From: Psychrobacter cryohalolentis K5
Lineage (GTDB): Bacteria > Pseudomonadota > Gammaproteobacteria > Pseudomonadales > Moraxellaceae
DNA: 32,000 nucleotides
Assembly: GCF_000013905.1 (NCBI RefSeq)
Contig: NC_007969.1
Location: 150,001 to 182,000 of the forward strand
Direction: 5' to 3'
Part shown: in pieces, positions 8,738-18,562 of the stretch
Numbering within the stretch: the first letter of the stretch is position 1
Layout of the letters: each line of letters starts with the position of its first letter
Program-made: the position numbers and the translations under genes
Notes under the pieces: generated by a model
Databases searched by the model: none
The model's input: only the letters and a program-made list of their open reading frames with translations
Told to the model about the DNA's origin: nothing

Positions 8738-11260
8738 ATGAGTAGCACTGATACCTTAACGCCATCTCAAACCTCGACAAATGCACAGGTTTTGGATGCA
8801 ACCACACACGCGAATATTCACGACAAGCTTGCTCGCGCGCTTGGCATTAAGACTGCTCAAGTCAATGCGTTTGTCAAACTGTACGATGAAGGCGCGACCG
8901 TTCCGTTTATTGCCCGTTACCGCAAAGAAAAGACGCAGAATCTCGACGATGCGCAATTGCGCGCACTAGAGAAGTCTCTCAATTATGAACGTGATATGGC
9001 AACCCGTCGCCTTAAAATTATTGAATTACTGAGCACACAAGGCAATTTGACTGACGAGCTGCAGACACGTATTGATAATGCAACCTCAAAACTTGAGCTT
9101 GAAGACATCTACTTGCCATATCGTCCGCGCCGCCGTTCACCAGCTGCCAAAGCACGTGCTGCTGGTCTTGATATTGCTGCACAAGCAGTGTTGACGCAAA
9201 ACGTGACGCCAACCGATGCATTAGCAGACTATCAAGTACAATCAAGCATTACTGATGAAAGCGGTAATGAGATTGAAGTTGATTTTAGTGATATCGAGAA
9301 GCAACTTGCTGGTGTACAAGCCATTATCGTAGATGAATGGACGCAAGCATTAGACTTGTTAGATCATTTACGTAGCAGTTTTGCCAAAACAGCCAGTATC
9401 GTATCGAGCGTTGCCAGTGAAGAAAAACGTGAAGTCGGTGAAAAATTCAAAGATTACTTTGAGCATAGCGAAAGCCTTGCACGTTTGCCAAATCATCGCT
9501 TATTAGCGATGCTACGTGGTCGTCAAGAAAACGTCTTGGGTCTAAAAATTGAAGGCGAAAATGCGCCTTTTATTGAAAAAATTATTAAGCATTTTGAGAT
9601 TGATGCTAAAGCGCCAACTGAGCGTCAAGAATTTTTGACAGAAGCGGCGAGCAGCTTATGGAAAGACAAATGGCGTCCGCATATCGAGCATCGTTTATTG
9701 ACTGAAAAGCGTCTGACTGCAGAAGCGGCTGCGATTGATGTTTTTGCCAATAATTTACAGCATTTACTGATGTCAGCACCTGCTGGTCGCAAAGTTATTT
9801 TGGGTGTTGATCCCGGTATCCGTCATGGCGTTAAGATGGCGATTGTTGATGCTCAAGGTCATGTGATGTTAGATGGCGAAGACAAGCCTGTTATCGCAAC
9901 GGTTTATCCATTTGCGCCTGATAATAAAATGACTGAAGCCAAAGTGGTTATCGATGAGTTATTAAGTACTTATAATGTGGATCTAGTGGCTATCGGTAAT
10001 GGTACGGCAAGCCGCGAAACAGACGCAATGATTAAAGAGATTTTGGCGGCGAACGAGTCATTAAAAGCTAAAGCAGTCATCGTGAATGAATCTGGCGCGT
10101 CAGTCTATTCTGCCAGTGAGCTTGCTACTGATGAGCTTGGTAATTTAGATGTCTCTGTACGTGGGGCAGTATCTATTGCTCGTCGTCTACAAGACCCATT
10201 GTCAGAGCTGGTCAAGGTAGATCCAAAAGCCATTGGTGTTGGTCAATATCAACATGATGTCAATCAAGCTCAGTTGGCAGATAGTCTTGATAAAGTCACA
10301 CAAGACAGCGTTAACGCCGTTGGTGTTGATGTGAATACGGCAAGCCCCGCTATCTTGGCACACATTGCTGGCTTAAATAAGAATGTTGCGCAGCAAATCG
10401 TTACCTATCGCAAAGAGCATGGCGCTTTTGATAGCCGCGAGTCATTGAAAAATGTGCCGCGCTTAGGTGCTAAGACCTTTGAGCAAGCCGCAGGCTTCTT
10501 ACGCATACATGATGGTAGCAATCCACTTGATGCAACTGGTGTACATCCAGAAAGCTATGCGCTGGTCGACAGCTTACTTGCCCAAACAGGTAAAGCCTTG
10601 CCAGAAGTTATCGGTAACGACGGTGTGTTAAACAGTATCGATACCACAGCGCTAGCTGCTAATGATGAAAATGTTAGCGTAAAAGCGATTTTAGATGAGC
10701 TTGCTAAGCCCGCTCGTGACCCACGTCCTGAGTTTAAGACGGCTAACTTCCGTGAAGATGTGAACAGCATTAAAGATTTGAGCGAAGGCATGACACTAGA
10801 AGGGGTTGTTACCAACGTGACTGCCTTTGGTTGCTTCATCGATGTTGGCGTGCATCAAGATGGTCTGGTTCATATCTCGCAAATGGCCAATGACTTTGTC
10901 GCAGACCCGATGAACCGCGTCAAGCCCGGTGATATCGTCTCGGTCCGTGTCATCTCTATTGACGAAAAACGCGGTCGTATTGGTTTTAGTATGAAACCTG
11001 AAGCTGAAAAACCTGCACGTCCAGCAGCGAAACCTGCAACGACAAATGTTACTAATAATGATGAGAATACCAGTCGTCCGCGCAGCAATCGTCCAGCTGG
11101 CGATAAGCGTCCGTCTAAGCCTAAGCGTCAACCTAGTAGCAGCAATAATAGCGACAGTCGCAGTAAGGCGCCTCGTGCAGAAAAAGCAGAATCGCCTAGC
11201 AAAATGGGTACTTTCGGCGCGCTATTGCAAGAAGCAGGTGTGACTAAAGTTAAGAAATAA
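8738..11260 (+). CDS. tex: Transcription accessory protein Tex (YhgF)
   Basis: N-terminal LYDEGATVPFIARYRKE motif, a YqgF-like region, helix-hairpin-helix segments, and a C-terminal S1 domain (GVVTNVTAFGCFIDVGVHQDGLVHISQM). An extra ~90-aa basic P/S/K-rich tail follows. Confidence 0.92.
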   Translation: MSSTDTLTPSQTSTNAQVLDATTHANIHDKLARALGIKTAQVNAFVKLYDEGATVPFIARYRKEKTQNLDDAQLRALEKSLNYERDMATRRLKIIELLSTQGNLTDELQTRIDNATSKLELEDIYLPYRPRRRSPAAKARAAGLDIAAQAVLTQNVTPTDALADYQVQSSITDESGNEIEVDFSDIEKQLAGVQAIIVDEWTQALDLLDHLRSSFAKTASIVSSVASEEKREVGEKFKDYFEHSESLARLPNHRLLAMLRGRQENVLGLKIEGENAPFIEKIIKHFEIDAKAPTERQEFLTEAASSLWKDKWRPHIEHRLLTEKRLTAEAAAIDVFANNLQHLLMSAPAGRKVILGVDPGIRHGVKMAIVDAQGHVMLDGEDKPVIATVYPFAPDNKMTEAKVVIDELLSTYNVDLVAIGNGTASRETDAMIKEILAANESLKAKAVIVNESGASVYSASELATDELGNLDVSVRGAVSIARRLQDPLSELVKVDPKAIGVGQYQHDVNQAQLADSLDKVTQDSVNAVGVDVNTASPAILAHIAGLNKNVAQQIVTYRKEHGAFDSRESLKNVPRLGAKTFEQAAGFLRIHDGSNPLDATGVHPESYALVDSLLAQTGKALPEVIGNDGVLNSIDTTALAANDENVSVKAILDELAKPARDPRPEFKTANFREDVNSIKDLSEGMTLEGVVTNVTAFGCFIDVGVHQDGLVHISQMANDFVADPMNRVKPGDIVSVRVISIDEKRGRIGFSMKPEAEKPARPAAKPATTNVTNNDENTSRPRSNRPAGDKRPSKPKRQPSSSNNSDSRSKAPRAEKAESPSKMGTFGALLQEAGVTKVKK

Positions 11261-11283
11261 GACGTCTTATTCTAAATAGAAAC

Positions 11284-11313
11284 AAAAAAGGCAGCCTAAT
11301 GGCTGCCTTTTTT
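11284..11313. terminator. Bidirectional rho-independent terminator between tex and the secreted-protein gene
   Basis: Stem AGGCAGCC (11289-11296) / GGCTGCCT (11301-11308) has a 4-nt loop. An A-run precedes it and a T-run follows. Confidence 0.85.
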
Positions 11314-11396
11314 ATTAAATCAAATATATCAATGGTGCTTTTTAATCACTATATTTATTTCAAGAATCGCCTTAGTATAATTACTTAGGTATTTAC

Positions 11397-11822
11397 TTAT
11401 AGCTCATCTTCTTCTGAAACTTCTGCTAAGTCTTCTTCTACATCTTCAGAGATAATCTCAGTTGTTTGTAATTCCGAATTTTGTAAAGCTTCTGCTGGCA
11501 CTTTTATTTCGGTAGTCATTGGTTGTGGACCGTTGGGTGCTTTTATCTCAGTAGTCATTGGCTGTTGACCAATATTACTATTGACGCGTGCGCGCGAAAT
11601 CGTTTGAGTTTCGCTAATCACAAACGGCGTCATTTTGCTTGTTTTAGAAGTATTTGCATCAGTCTCATTGCCTGTGCTTTCAACTTTGGCTTCAACAGCC
11701 ATCTCAGCAGTGGCATTCGTCTTTTTAGCGGCTTTAGTATCAGCTGGAGCTGCCATTGCCAATGTCGGAACAGTAAGTGCCGCGCCAATCAGTAATGATA
11801 AAGCTAGAGTATGGTTTTTCAT
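11397..11822 (-). CDS. Small secreted acidic repeat protein, function unknown
   Basis: GAGGA lies 8 nt upstream of the ATG. The signal peptide MKNHTLALSLLIGAALTVPTLAMA ends in an A-x-A cleavage site. The protein has no Cys, carries QPMTTEIK(A/V)P repeats, and ends in a strongly acidic tail (EDVEEDLAEVSEEDEL). Confidence 0.6.
   Translation of the reverse strand: MKNHTLALSLLIGAALTVPTLAMAAPADTKAAKKTNATAEMAVEAKVESTGNETDANTSKTSKMTPFVISETQTISRARVNSNIGQQPMTTEIKAPNGPQPMTTEIKVPAEALQNSELQTTEIISEDVEEDLAEVSEEDEL
11498..11570. repeat. Imperfect 39-nt (13-codon) tandem repeat inside the secreted-protein gene
   Basis: TTTTAT(T/C)TC(G/A)GTAGTCATTGG(T/C)TGT(G/T)GACC occurs twice, starting at 11502 and 11541. 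Each copy encodes QPMTTEIKxPxxx. Confidence 0.85.
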
Positions 11823-12269
11823 TTATTTAATCCTCAATTTATATTTTTATAATGTCAGCTAAAATGCTCGTAGAGAAAACTTTGATTAAATGCGGTCTGA
11901 TATGATACTTATCTATGTAGAATACAGAATCTATATATTTAAAATAACTAATATATAAGCTATAGAAAAAATAAAATCATGATAATCAATAGGCGACTAT
12001 CATGATTGATTCGTATAAAAATTCTGGTCAGTGCATAACGTTATCTATAGATATAAAAGACGTCGTAAACACTAGGCGTAATAATAACAATTTAAATACT
12101 AATCATTCAGTGGTACATCCATGAAAAATCTAACAGACTCCTACTAATAAGTGATGTCGTGCAATTATTGTAGTGTTATTGTGAGATAAAAACCGCACCT
12201 TGTGACCAAAATACGGTTATTTTAATACTACTGATTGATATTCTAGAAACTGCTTTTTAAGACATAGGT

Positions 12270-13568
12270 TTAGCTATCAATCACATCAAAGCTCAGACCA
12301 GCGTGTTTCTCTAAACGAGCAAGTAGCTTGTCGCCCATTGCTGAAGCAGGTGTCCAAAAACCACCCTTCACTTCTTCTTTGCTGATATCTTGTGCTAGAC
12401 ATAATGCCGCTTGCGACAACATACGTGAAGTGCTGCCATAGCCTGGATCTTTATCACCCGTTACTTTGGTAGTAATACTGTCTTTGTTAGCTGTTTGTCC
12501 AAAGAGACGAATATCAAAATAGCCGTTTTCTTGCTCTTCTTTAGAAGGCCCTGAACCTGATTTAGGCAATACGTGCTTGGATAATAACTCGCGGCTTGGC
12601 GTAATCATCATGGCAGTGGCAAAGCCGAGCAAGCCTGCACTCAAGGCATAACTCGTAAGCTTACCTTTGAGACCATCTTTCATCCACATTGCTTCATCAT
12701 ATTTAAATTCGCGTCCATATTCATAACCAAGCAACTGATTACTGCGATGCACAATGCGCGTATTGATACTTGCCATCACAAAAGGTGCAAGCCAGCGCTT
12801 ATGTTCGCTATCGTATTCTGGTTTACTGACATTGCTCTGACGTACGTTTGGCGCATTTTTATCATCGTTCAGCAAATAAGGATTTGCCACTTGCTTACGA
12901 CGAGATTTATCTTGTCCAACTTCCTCAAAGATGGTTGCCATTGAGGCAATCGTACCGCCTGATAGTCCGCCTTTCGCGGCTTTCACGCGCATATGAATCA
13001 CATCACAAGCACTGTCAAACTTCGCTTCAGCTTGCTTTTGCGTAAAGTAAACGCCTAAATCTGATGGAATAGAATCAAAGCCACAAGAGTTGACGATACG
13101 GGCGCCGCTTTGTTTTGCCGCCTCTTGATACTTATCCATCATGTCTTTGATAAATATTGCCTCACCAGTGAGATCAACATAATCTGTGCCATTATCAACA
13201 CACGATTTGATAAGCGGTTCGCCGTATTTAAGATAAGGTCCAACGGTTGAGATAATGACTTGTGTTTGCTCGGTCATTGCATCAAGGCTTGCCGGATCGT
13301 CGCTATTGGCAATGATAATATCTACTTTGCTAGTAAGGTTAGACTGCAACTCGTTGAGCTTCTCTTGATCACGACCTGCTATCGCCCAATTAATTTCAGA
13401 GCCGCTCTTATCTTTGTTAGCAGACAAAAACTCTGCCAGATAATGAGCAGTGATTTGCCCAACAAAGCTGGTTGCCCCATATAAAACCACCGCATAAGCT
13501 CGTTTTTCACTATTAATTTTTTTGTTATCACCTGATGAGTTGGTACTCTTTGATATATCCGTATTCAT
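12270..13568 (-). CDS. Saccharopine dehydrogenase-like NAD(P)-binding oxidoreductase (trans-acting enoyl reductase-like family)
   Basis: AAGGAAG lies upstream of the ATG. N-terminal Rossmann motif VLYGATSFVGQ; ~430 aa with the GPYxxYGEPLIxxC block typical of this family. Confidence 0.75.
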   Translation of the reverse strand: MNTDISKSTNSSGDNKKINSEKRAYAVVLYGATSFVGQITAHYLAEFLSANKDKSGSEINWAIAGRDQEKLNELQSNLTSKVDIIIANSDDPASLDAMTEQTQVIISTVGPYLKYGEPLIKSCVDNGTDYVDLTGEAIFIKDMMDKYQEAAKQSGARIVNSCGFDSIPSDLGVYFTQKQAEAKFDSACDVIHMRVKAAKGGLSGGTIASMATIFEEVGQDKSRRKQVANPYLLNDDKNAPNVRQSNVSKPEYDSEHKRWLAPFVMASINTRIVHRSNQLLGYEYGREFKYDEAMWMKDGLKGKLTSYALSAGLLGFATAMMITPSRELLSKHVLPKSGSGPSKEEQENGYFDIRLFGQTANKDSITTKVTGDKDPGYGSTSRMLSQAALCLAQDISKEEVKGGFWTPASAMGDKLLARLEKHAGLSFDVIDS

Positions 13569-14027
13569 CGCTATCTTCCTTGTTAGTGTGCTTTGTCAAA
13601 TGATTGTTATAAGAAAATGATCGTTAAGTTCAATTGAGCTTAAAAAAGCATCATAAATAATATTTATAAAATCGAGCGTAAGATCTTTGAATAATTTTCT
13701 CATAGACTTAGTAATACTTAAGTGCTTATTTACCGTTTCCACACATAAGTACTGAAAATATCTTTAAATGGTAAGATTTGCTACAAAGTTTACATAACGT
13801 ATCGACATTATTACCAAAATGAACCTTTTAGATTGAAAATCATTGCTACTCTATATTCCTAAGCACTATCTACAGCATTATCTATATTTTTAGACACTAA
13901 GAGCTGTAAAAAAATAAAAAGCAAAATATCGGATGACTGAGGTTGGTAATGTAAGAGTTAGTTGGTTAGCAATTACTATAGCAACCTTATTATTTGACTT
14001 TTCAATTACTATTTTAGGAGAATTATT

Positions 14028-14183
14028 ATGTTTCGTTGGGCTATTATTTTCGCCGTAATCGCACTGTTAGCGAGTTTCTTAGGATTCGGTGGTGTTGCTG
14101 GATTGTCTGCAAACTTCGCCTATATCTTGTTAGCATTAGCAGTCATTCTATTCATCGTGGCATTTGTTAGCCGCCGTATGTAA
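14028..14183 (+). CDS. ytjA: DUF1328 / UPF0391 small membrane protein (YtjA-like), 51 aa
   Basis: This ORF is not in the track because it falls below the size cutoff. AGGAG at 14016-14020 lies 8 nt upstream of the [34 protein letters not shown] closely resembles recalled E. coli YtjA ([25 protein letters not shown]). A terminator follows. Confidence 0.75.
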
Positions 14184-14214
14184 TAGGAAAAGTATACTCG
14201 TCCTATAAAGACAT

Positions 14215-14274
14215 TAGCCAGTTAGAAAACTGGCTAGTAAAAAAGACCTCAGATACTATCTGAGGTCTTTTTTT
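14215..14274. terminator. Two tandem hairpins; the second is a bidirectional rho-independent terminator (ytjA / phhB)
   Basis: Hairpin 1 is TAGCCAGT (14215-14222) / ACTGGCTA (14229-14236). Hairpin 2 is AGACCTCAGA (14244-14253) / TCTGAGGTCT (14259-14268), with an A-run before and TTTTTTT after. Confidence 0.8.
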
Positions 14275-14330
14275 ATGGCTAGAACATAGCTATCTGCTAA
14301 GTGATAAGTAGTAAGCGCACAGCTTGATAT

Positions 14331-14729
<399 letters not shown>

Positions 14730-14928
14730 TTATAAAAAGTCATAGGACAAAAAACCCACCTGTCACTGATATTTTATTATATATTTGGCTAAAAAAATAT
14801 AATAGAAGTATCAAGAAGATAGGAGGGCAACGACGTTATTAGTGAGAGTATATAGCGCTAGTATAACGGTTAATTGAGCAAACTATCCTAGCTATTTATC
14901 GTTAAACATACTTAGTCAATAGTTTGAA

Positions 14929-15222
14929 CTATAGTAGATCTTTGTAGTCAGGATTTTTATCAATATACGAAGCAACAAACGAGCACTGCGGTACTACTTT
15001 CTTATTGTTTTCACGAGCATAGTCCAATGCATGTTTTACCAATGCTGAGCCAACCCCTCGACCACCTAACTCCTGTGGGACGATAGTATGATCATATACC
15101 AGCTTATCCTCACGCTCTTTGTAACTGATATAACCTGTCTGCCCATCGATTGAAGTCTCAAAGCGTCTCGCTGCCTCATTATAGACGATATTTATATCTG
15201 ATTTTTTACCGACGTTACTCAT
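14929..15222 (-). CDS. Small GNAT-fold N-acetyltransferase, YjdJ type
   Basis: 97 aa with AGGAAG upstream. The core GRGVGSALVKHALDYAREN is followed by VVPQCSFV, matching the recalled YjdJ layout (GQGIGKQLV...IIPLCPF). Confidence 0.75.
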   Translation of the reverse strand: MSNVGKKSDINIVYNEAARRFETSIDGQTGYISYKEREDKLVYDHTIVPQELGGRGVGSALVKHALDYARENNKKVVPQCSFVASYIDKNPDYKDLL

Positions 15223-15405
15223 AAAAACTTCCTATTTTTCAAATATTATAATTATTTCTACTCTTGTTATTGTGCAGATTTCTAGTTTACATCTCTAGGC
15301 TGTTAGCGTAAGAGTAGATAGGGCAAATGTTAATATTTTTAACAGGCTTCTATTCTAAAGGTTCTGTTGAAGCTTAAAAACTATGCCAGTCTCGTTAATA
15401 AAAAA

Positions 15406-16752
15406 TCAGGCATAAAACATAGCTTGGCGCACAACCTGAGGGAGAAACCTTCTAAAACCACGTAATGTCTCAGTAGCGTTGTTAGAGGCATGGTTATTAC
15501 TGCTTTTGTTGGTAATGCTTCTATCATTATTTGATATCGATTGTGTGTAAGCGCGCCATTCATCGCTACTTGGTTTACTAAAATGGCGAATGCGTCCAAT
15601 TACTTGCTTAAATTGATGACTAAAGTGCCCAGTATTATAGGTTAAATCGTATTTATCGCAGATGGCTTGTACGTTTGGTGCAATCTGCGCATAGTGCCTA
15701 GCAGGCATATCCGGAAAGATATGGTGCTCAATCTGATGCGATAAATTACCAGTCAGAATATGAAACCATTTATTACCCTGAATATTACTAGAACCGAGAA
15801 TTTGGCGTATGTACCAATCACCTTTGCTCTCATTGGCATCAAGCTGGGTATAAATATGCGCCTGCTCAGTAAAGTGACCACAAAATATCACCGCCCATGT
15901 CCATAGATTACGAGCAATATTGGCAGTGATATTACCGCTTAAGGTTGTCATTGCACTACTACGACCTAATGTCAGACCTGCCACCGCAGGAAAAGCCATA
16001 TAATCTTTACCCGCTTGCCGGGCGATTTTACTGAATAGGGCACGAGCTTTTGGCTGCATTATTTCTGCCAGCTGCGGCCTATCTGCGTATTCGTCAACAC
16101 TGATTTGGATATCATGGAAAGCGACTGCCCATTCAAAGCCTAATGCCAATATCATCGTCTTAAATAAGTTATAACGATCGCTTGGCGTCCAAGGCTGCTC
16201 ATCAGTCACGCGAATCAAGTGATAGCCGACGTCATGGTCGCGACCGACGATATTGGTAAAAGTATGATGTAGATAGTTATGCGAATGCTGCCATAGCGGC
16301 GCAGGGCAAACGATATCCCAATCGAACTTTTGGCTGTTAAGATGAGGGTGCTGCATCCAGTCATACTGACCATGCATAACGTTATGGCCAAGTTCCATAT
16401 TGTTTAAAATTTTACTAAAACTCAGTAAGGATGTGCCAAGTAGCCAAACGCCAAGTTTGCTGCGTTTTGATGATAATTGCCCAGAAAATGCCAGTAATGC
16501 CCGTGAAATTACCTCGCTATATACTACCGTCCCATAAACACGCTGAATATAGCGCGCATCCTCGCTGCCTAGTGAGTCCATCACGCTTTGATACAGTGTA
16601 TTCAATTCATTAGCGAGCGCTTCGGTTTGCACTTTTGGTAACGGCGTACCCGTTAACGTCGGATATCGCGTGGTTTTGAATGGTGCATCGACTAACGAAG
16701 TTATAGTAGAGACTGCAGATTTAGCTTTAAATATAGGGAGTAACAAGCGCAT
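15406..16752 (-). CDS. Membrane fatty-acid desaturase (acyl-CoA/acyl-lipid type, DesB-like)
   Basis: Three histidine boxes are present: HNVMH, HSHNYLHH and HQIEHH. Hydrophobic segments lie between them, AAGGA precedes the ATG, and there is a ~55-aa N/S-rich C-terminal tail. Confidence 0.85.
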   Translation of the reverse strand: MRLLLPIFKAKSAVSTITSLVDAPFKTTRYPTLTGTPLPKVQTEALANELNTLYQSVMDSLGSEDARYIQRVYGTVVYSEVISRALLAFSGQLSSKRSKLGVWLLGTSLLSFSKILNNMELGHNVMHGQYDWMQHPHLNSQKFDWDIVCPAPLWQHSHNYLHHTFTNIVGRDHDVGYHLIRVTDEQPWTPSDRYNLFKTMILALGFEWAVAFHDIQISVDEYADRPQLAEIMQPKARALFSKIARQAGKDYMAFPAVAGLTLGRSSAMTTLSGNITANIARNLWTWAVIFCGHFTEQAHIYTQLDANESKGDWYIRQILGSSNIQGNKWFHILTGNLSHQIEHHIFPDMPARHYAQIAPNVQAICDKYDLTYNTGHFSHQFKQVIGRIRHFSKPSSDEWRAYTQSISNNDRSITNKSSNNHASNNATETLRGFRRFLPQVVRQAMFYA

Positions 16753-16881
16753 AGATAGTCCTTATCCGAAGGTGCATCAATAAATCGTAAGCACAACGTT
16801 CGGTTTAATCATCGGTGTCAGTTTTAATAAACATTACAAATAAATGTTTATGCAAGGCTGTCTTATCCTTGATAGTATTTT

Positions 16882-18192
16882 TTAAATATCCAATATGACA
16901 TCAGTCATTGGTACATTAATGCAGGTTTGAATAGACTCATATCCATCATTACTTATCTTACCGGTTTGAATGTTTTTGACTCTACCGCTGATCTTATTAC
17001 AGCGACACAGCTGACAGATACCTTGTCTGCAGCCGTGGCTCATTCGAATACCAGCGCTCTCAGCACCTAATAGTAATGTCGTACTACTGTTATATTGTCG
17101 TTGCCGTCCACGTAAATAAATGGTTTTTTCTTCGCTAGTAACGGCTTCTTCGTCTGCTTTATCTATAGTAGAAAACATATAATCTAAGCTTTCTATGGCA
17201 CTAAAGCTCTCTATCGTAATGTTGTCACACAGCTGCTTGTTATCTGGCAAATTAATCTCATCGCAAGCGCGGTACAAACCCGCTAACAACGCCGGCGAAC
17301 CACAGGCAAATATCTGTGTATCCATCAGCGGTAATTTTAATGCTATTAAAGTTTCTACGCTCAAATGTCGCGAGCCGGCAAGATAAGTATTGGGGTCTTC
17401 CGTATTAATAAGATGATAAATGAACGTTGGATATTTAGTAGCTAACTGCTGCCATTGATCTTGCAATGGGGACTTATAGAAGGTTGTACAATTGTAATGT
17501 AGCAGCGTTACTGGATGTCCATTTTGCAGCGCCTGCGTAATCAAACCTAGCATTGGCGTAATACCACTGCCGCTAGCGATGAACAATAGTGGCAGTGGTG
17601 TAGAGGTAAGGGATAAGGGTTCGCTTATTTGACTTGCTTGCTGTGCTAACGCTGTATGAGCTAGAGTAAATTCGCCACTGGGTAAACTGCTATTAAATAT
17701 AACACCCAGTGCTGCACGTTTACTTAGATAATCTGATACTAGACCTTGCGGCTTAACAGCAATAGTTATCGTAGAGACAATAGTTTGCGGTTGCGACTTT
17801 TCATCAAGGCGATCTCTATCAAAGCCGTTTTTATCAAGGCTATCTTGATTTCGATTAGAATTTTTATCGCCGTCCTCATGCCACCATAATGGTTGCTGCG
17901 CTAGACCAACCAATGAATAGTGGCGTTGATGATAAACACCATCAATCAGTATGCTTAAATTAATATGCTGTCCGCCATGCCAACCATTGTGTGAGCTATT
18001 ACCTGAACTAAAAGCTTGCTGCTTAAAGGCGCGGTTAGGCTCAAATTGTAGCGCTATCAAGTCATTACTGAGTGTACGGCGTGCTATAAGACGCAATTTA
18101 GGCACAGTTAATGACCAAAAGGGGTGCAGCCGCGTACTGATGAAATCAATAAACACGCGTTGGATTAGTTCAGGGCGATAGCCAGTCGTCAT
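16882..18192 (-). CDS. FNR-like flavin reductase with C-terminal 2Fe-2S ferredoxin domain (DesC-like desaturase partner)
   Basis: FAD-binding motif RHYSL, NAD(P)-binding motif ASGSGITPMLG, and the C-terminal cluster CRQGICQLCRC. It lies directly upstream of the desaturase on the same strand. There is an N/D-rich insert. Confidence 0.8.
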   Translation of the reverse strand: MTTGYRPELIQRVFIDFISTRLHPFWSLTVPKLRLIARRTLSNDLIALQFEPNRAFKQQAFSSGNSSHNGWHGGQHINLSILIDGVYHQRHYSLVGLAQQPLWWHEDGDKNSNRNQDSLDKNGFDRDRLDEKSQPQTIVSTITIAVKPQGLVSDYLSKRAALGVIFNSSLPSGEFTLAHTALAQQASQISEPLSLTSTPLPLLFIASGSGITPMLGLITQALQNGHPVTLLHYNCTTFYKSPLQDQWQQLATKYPTFIYHLINTEDPNTYLAGSRHLSVETLIALKLPLMDTQIFACGSPALLAGLYRACDEINLPDNKQLCDNITIESFSAIESLDYMFSTIDKADEEAVTSEEKTIYLRGRQRQYNSSTTLLLGAESAGIRMSHGCRQGICQLCRCNKISGRVKNIQTGKISNDGYESIQTCINVPMTDVILDI

Positions 18193-18435
18193 GGAGTACC
18201 TTTTCTATCAAGCCGTTTTTACAAAGCTATTTTATTAAGATTAGCTAATATAATATCGTCTATTGATTAATTTTGCGAAATGTTTAATGCTGTTTTTTGT
18301 GGTTTTTATAAAACTGCCATGAATAAGAAAGATACATCAGTAAGCTGAATGATAATTTTAATAGAAGCTTTTATATAAAATGCGCTCAGCTTTGTGTCAA
18401 AAGGTATGAAACAAGCGGTAAAACAGCCAGTTAGC

Positions 18436-18464
18436 TTGCAGGGGCTTCATCACAATGCGATAAT
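18436..18464 (+). promoter_or_regulatory. Candidate sigma70 promoter for ettA (TTGCAG-N17-GATAAT)
   Basis: The -35 hexamer is at 18436-18441 and the -10 hexamer at 18459-18464, with 17-nt spacing. The element lies ~100 nt upstream of the ettA ATG. Confidence 0.3.
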
Positions 18465-18562
18465 GACAGTCAATGAATACCCCTGATTTTGAGGTGCAGC
18501 TTACTTGGTAGTATTGCTAAGTCTGTTTGTTTGCCTCTTTTATGCAGTCTATCGGAGTGTTA

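Noticed and set aside
14239-14274. Two terminators share the arms AAAAAGACCTC...GAGGTCTTTTT (14239-14274 and 20259-20290), and the AAAAAGGCAGCC-type stem at 11284 resembles the sequence at 30797. I considered whether these represent a dispersed repeat family.
   Set aside because: The similarity is confined to short GC cores within A/T runs, which is generic terminator architecture. The loops and flanks differ.
18439-18490. CAGGGG...CCCCTG hairpin followed by ATTTT in the ettA leader, considered as a possible attenuator.
   Set aside because: The stem is short with a ~35-nt loop and a weak T-run. The same sequence is better explained as the spacer and -10 of a TTGCAG-N17-GATAAT promoter. No leader peptide with an SD is evident.
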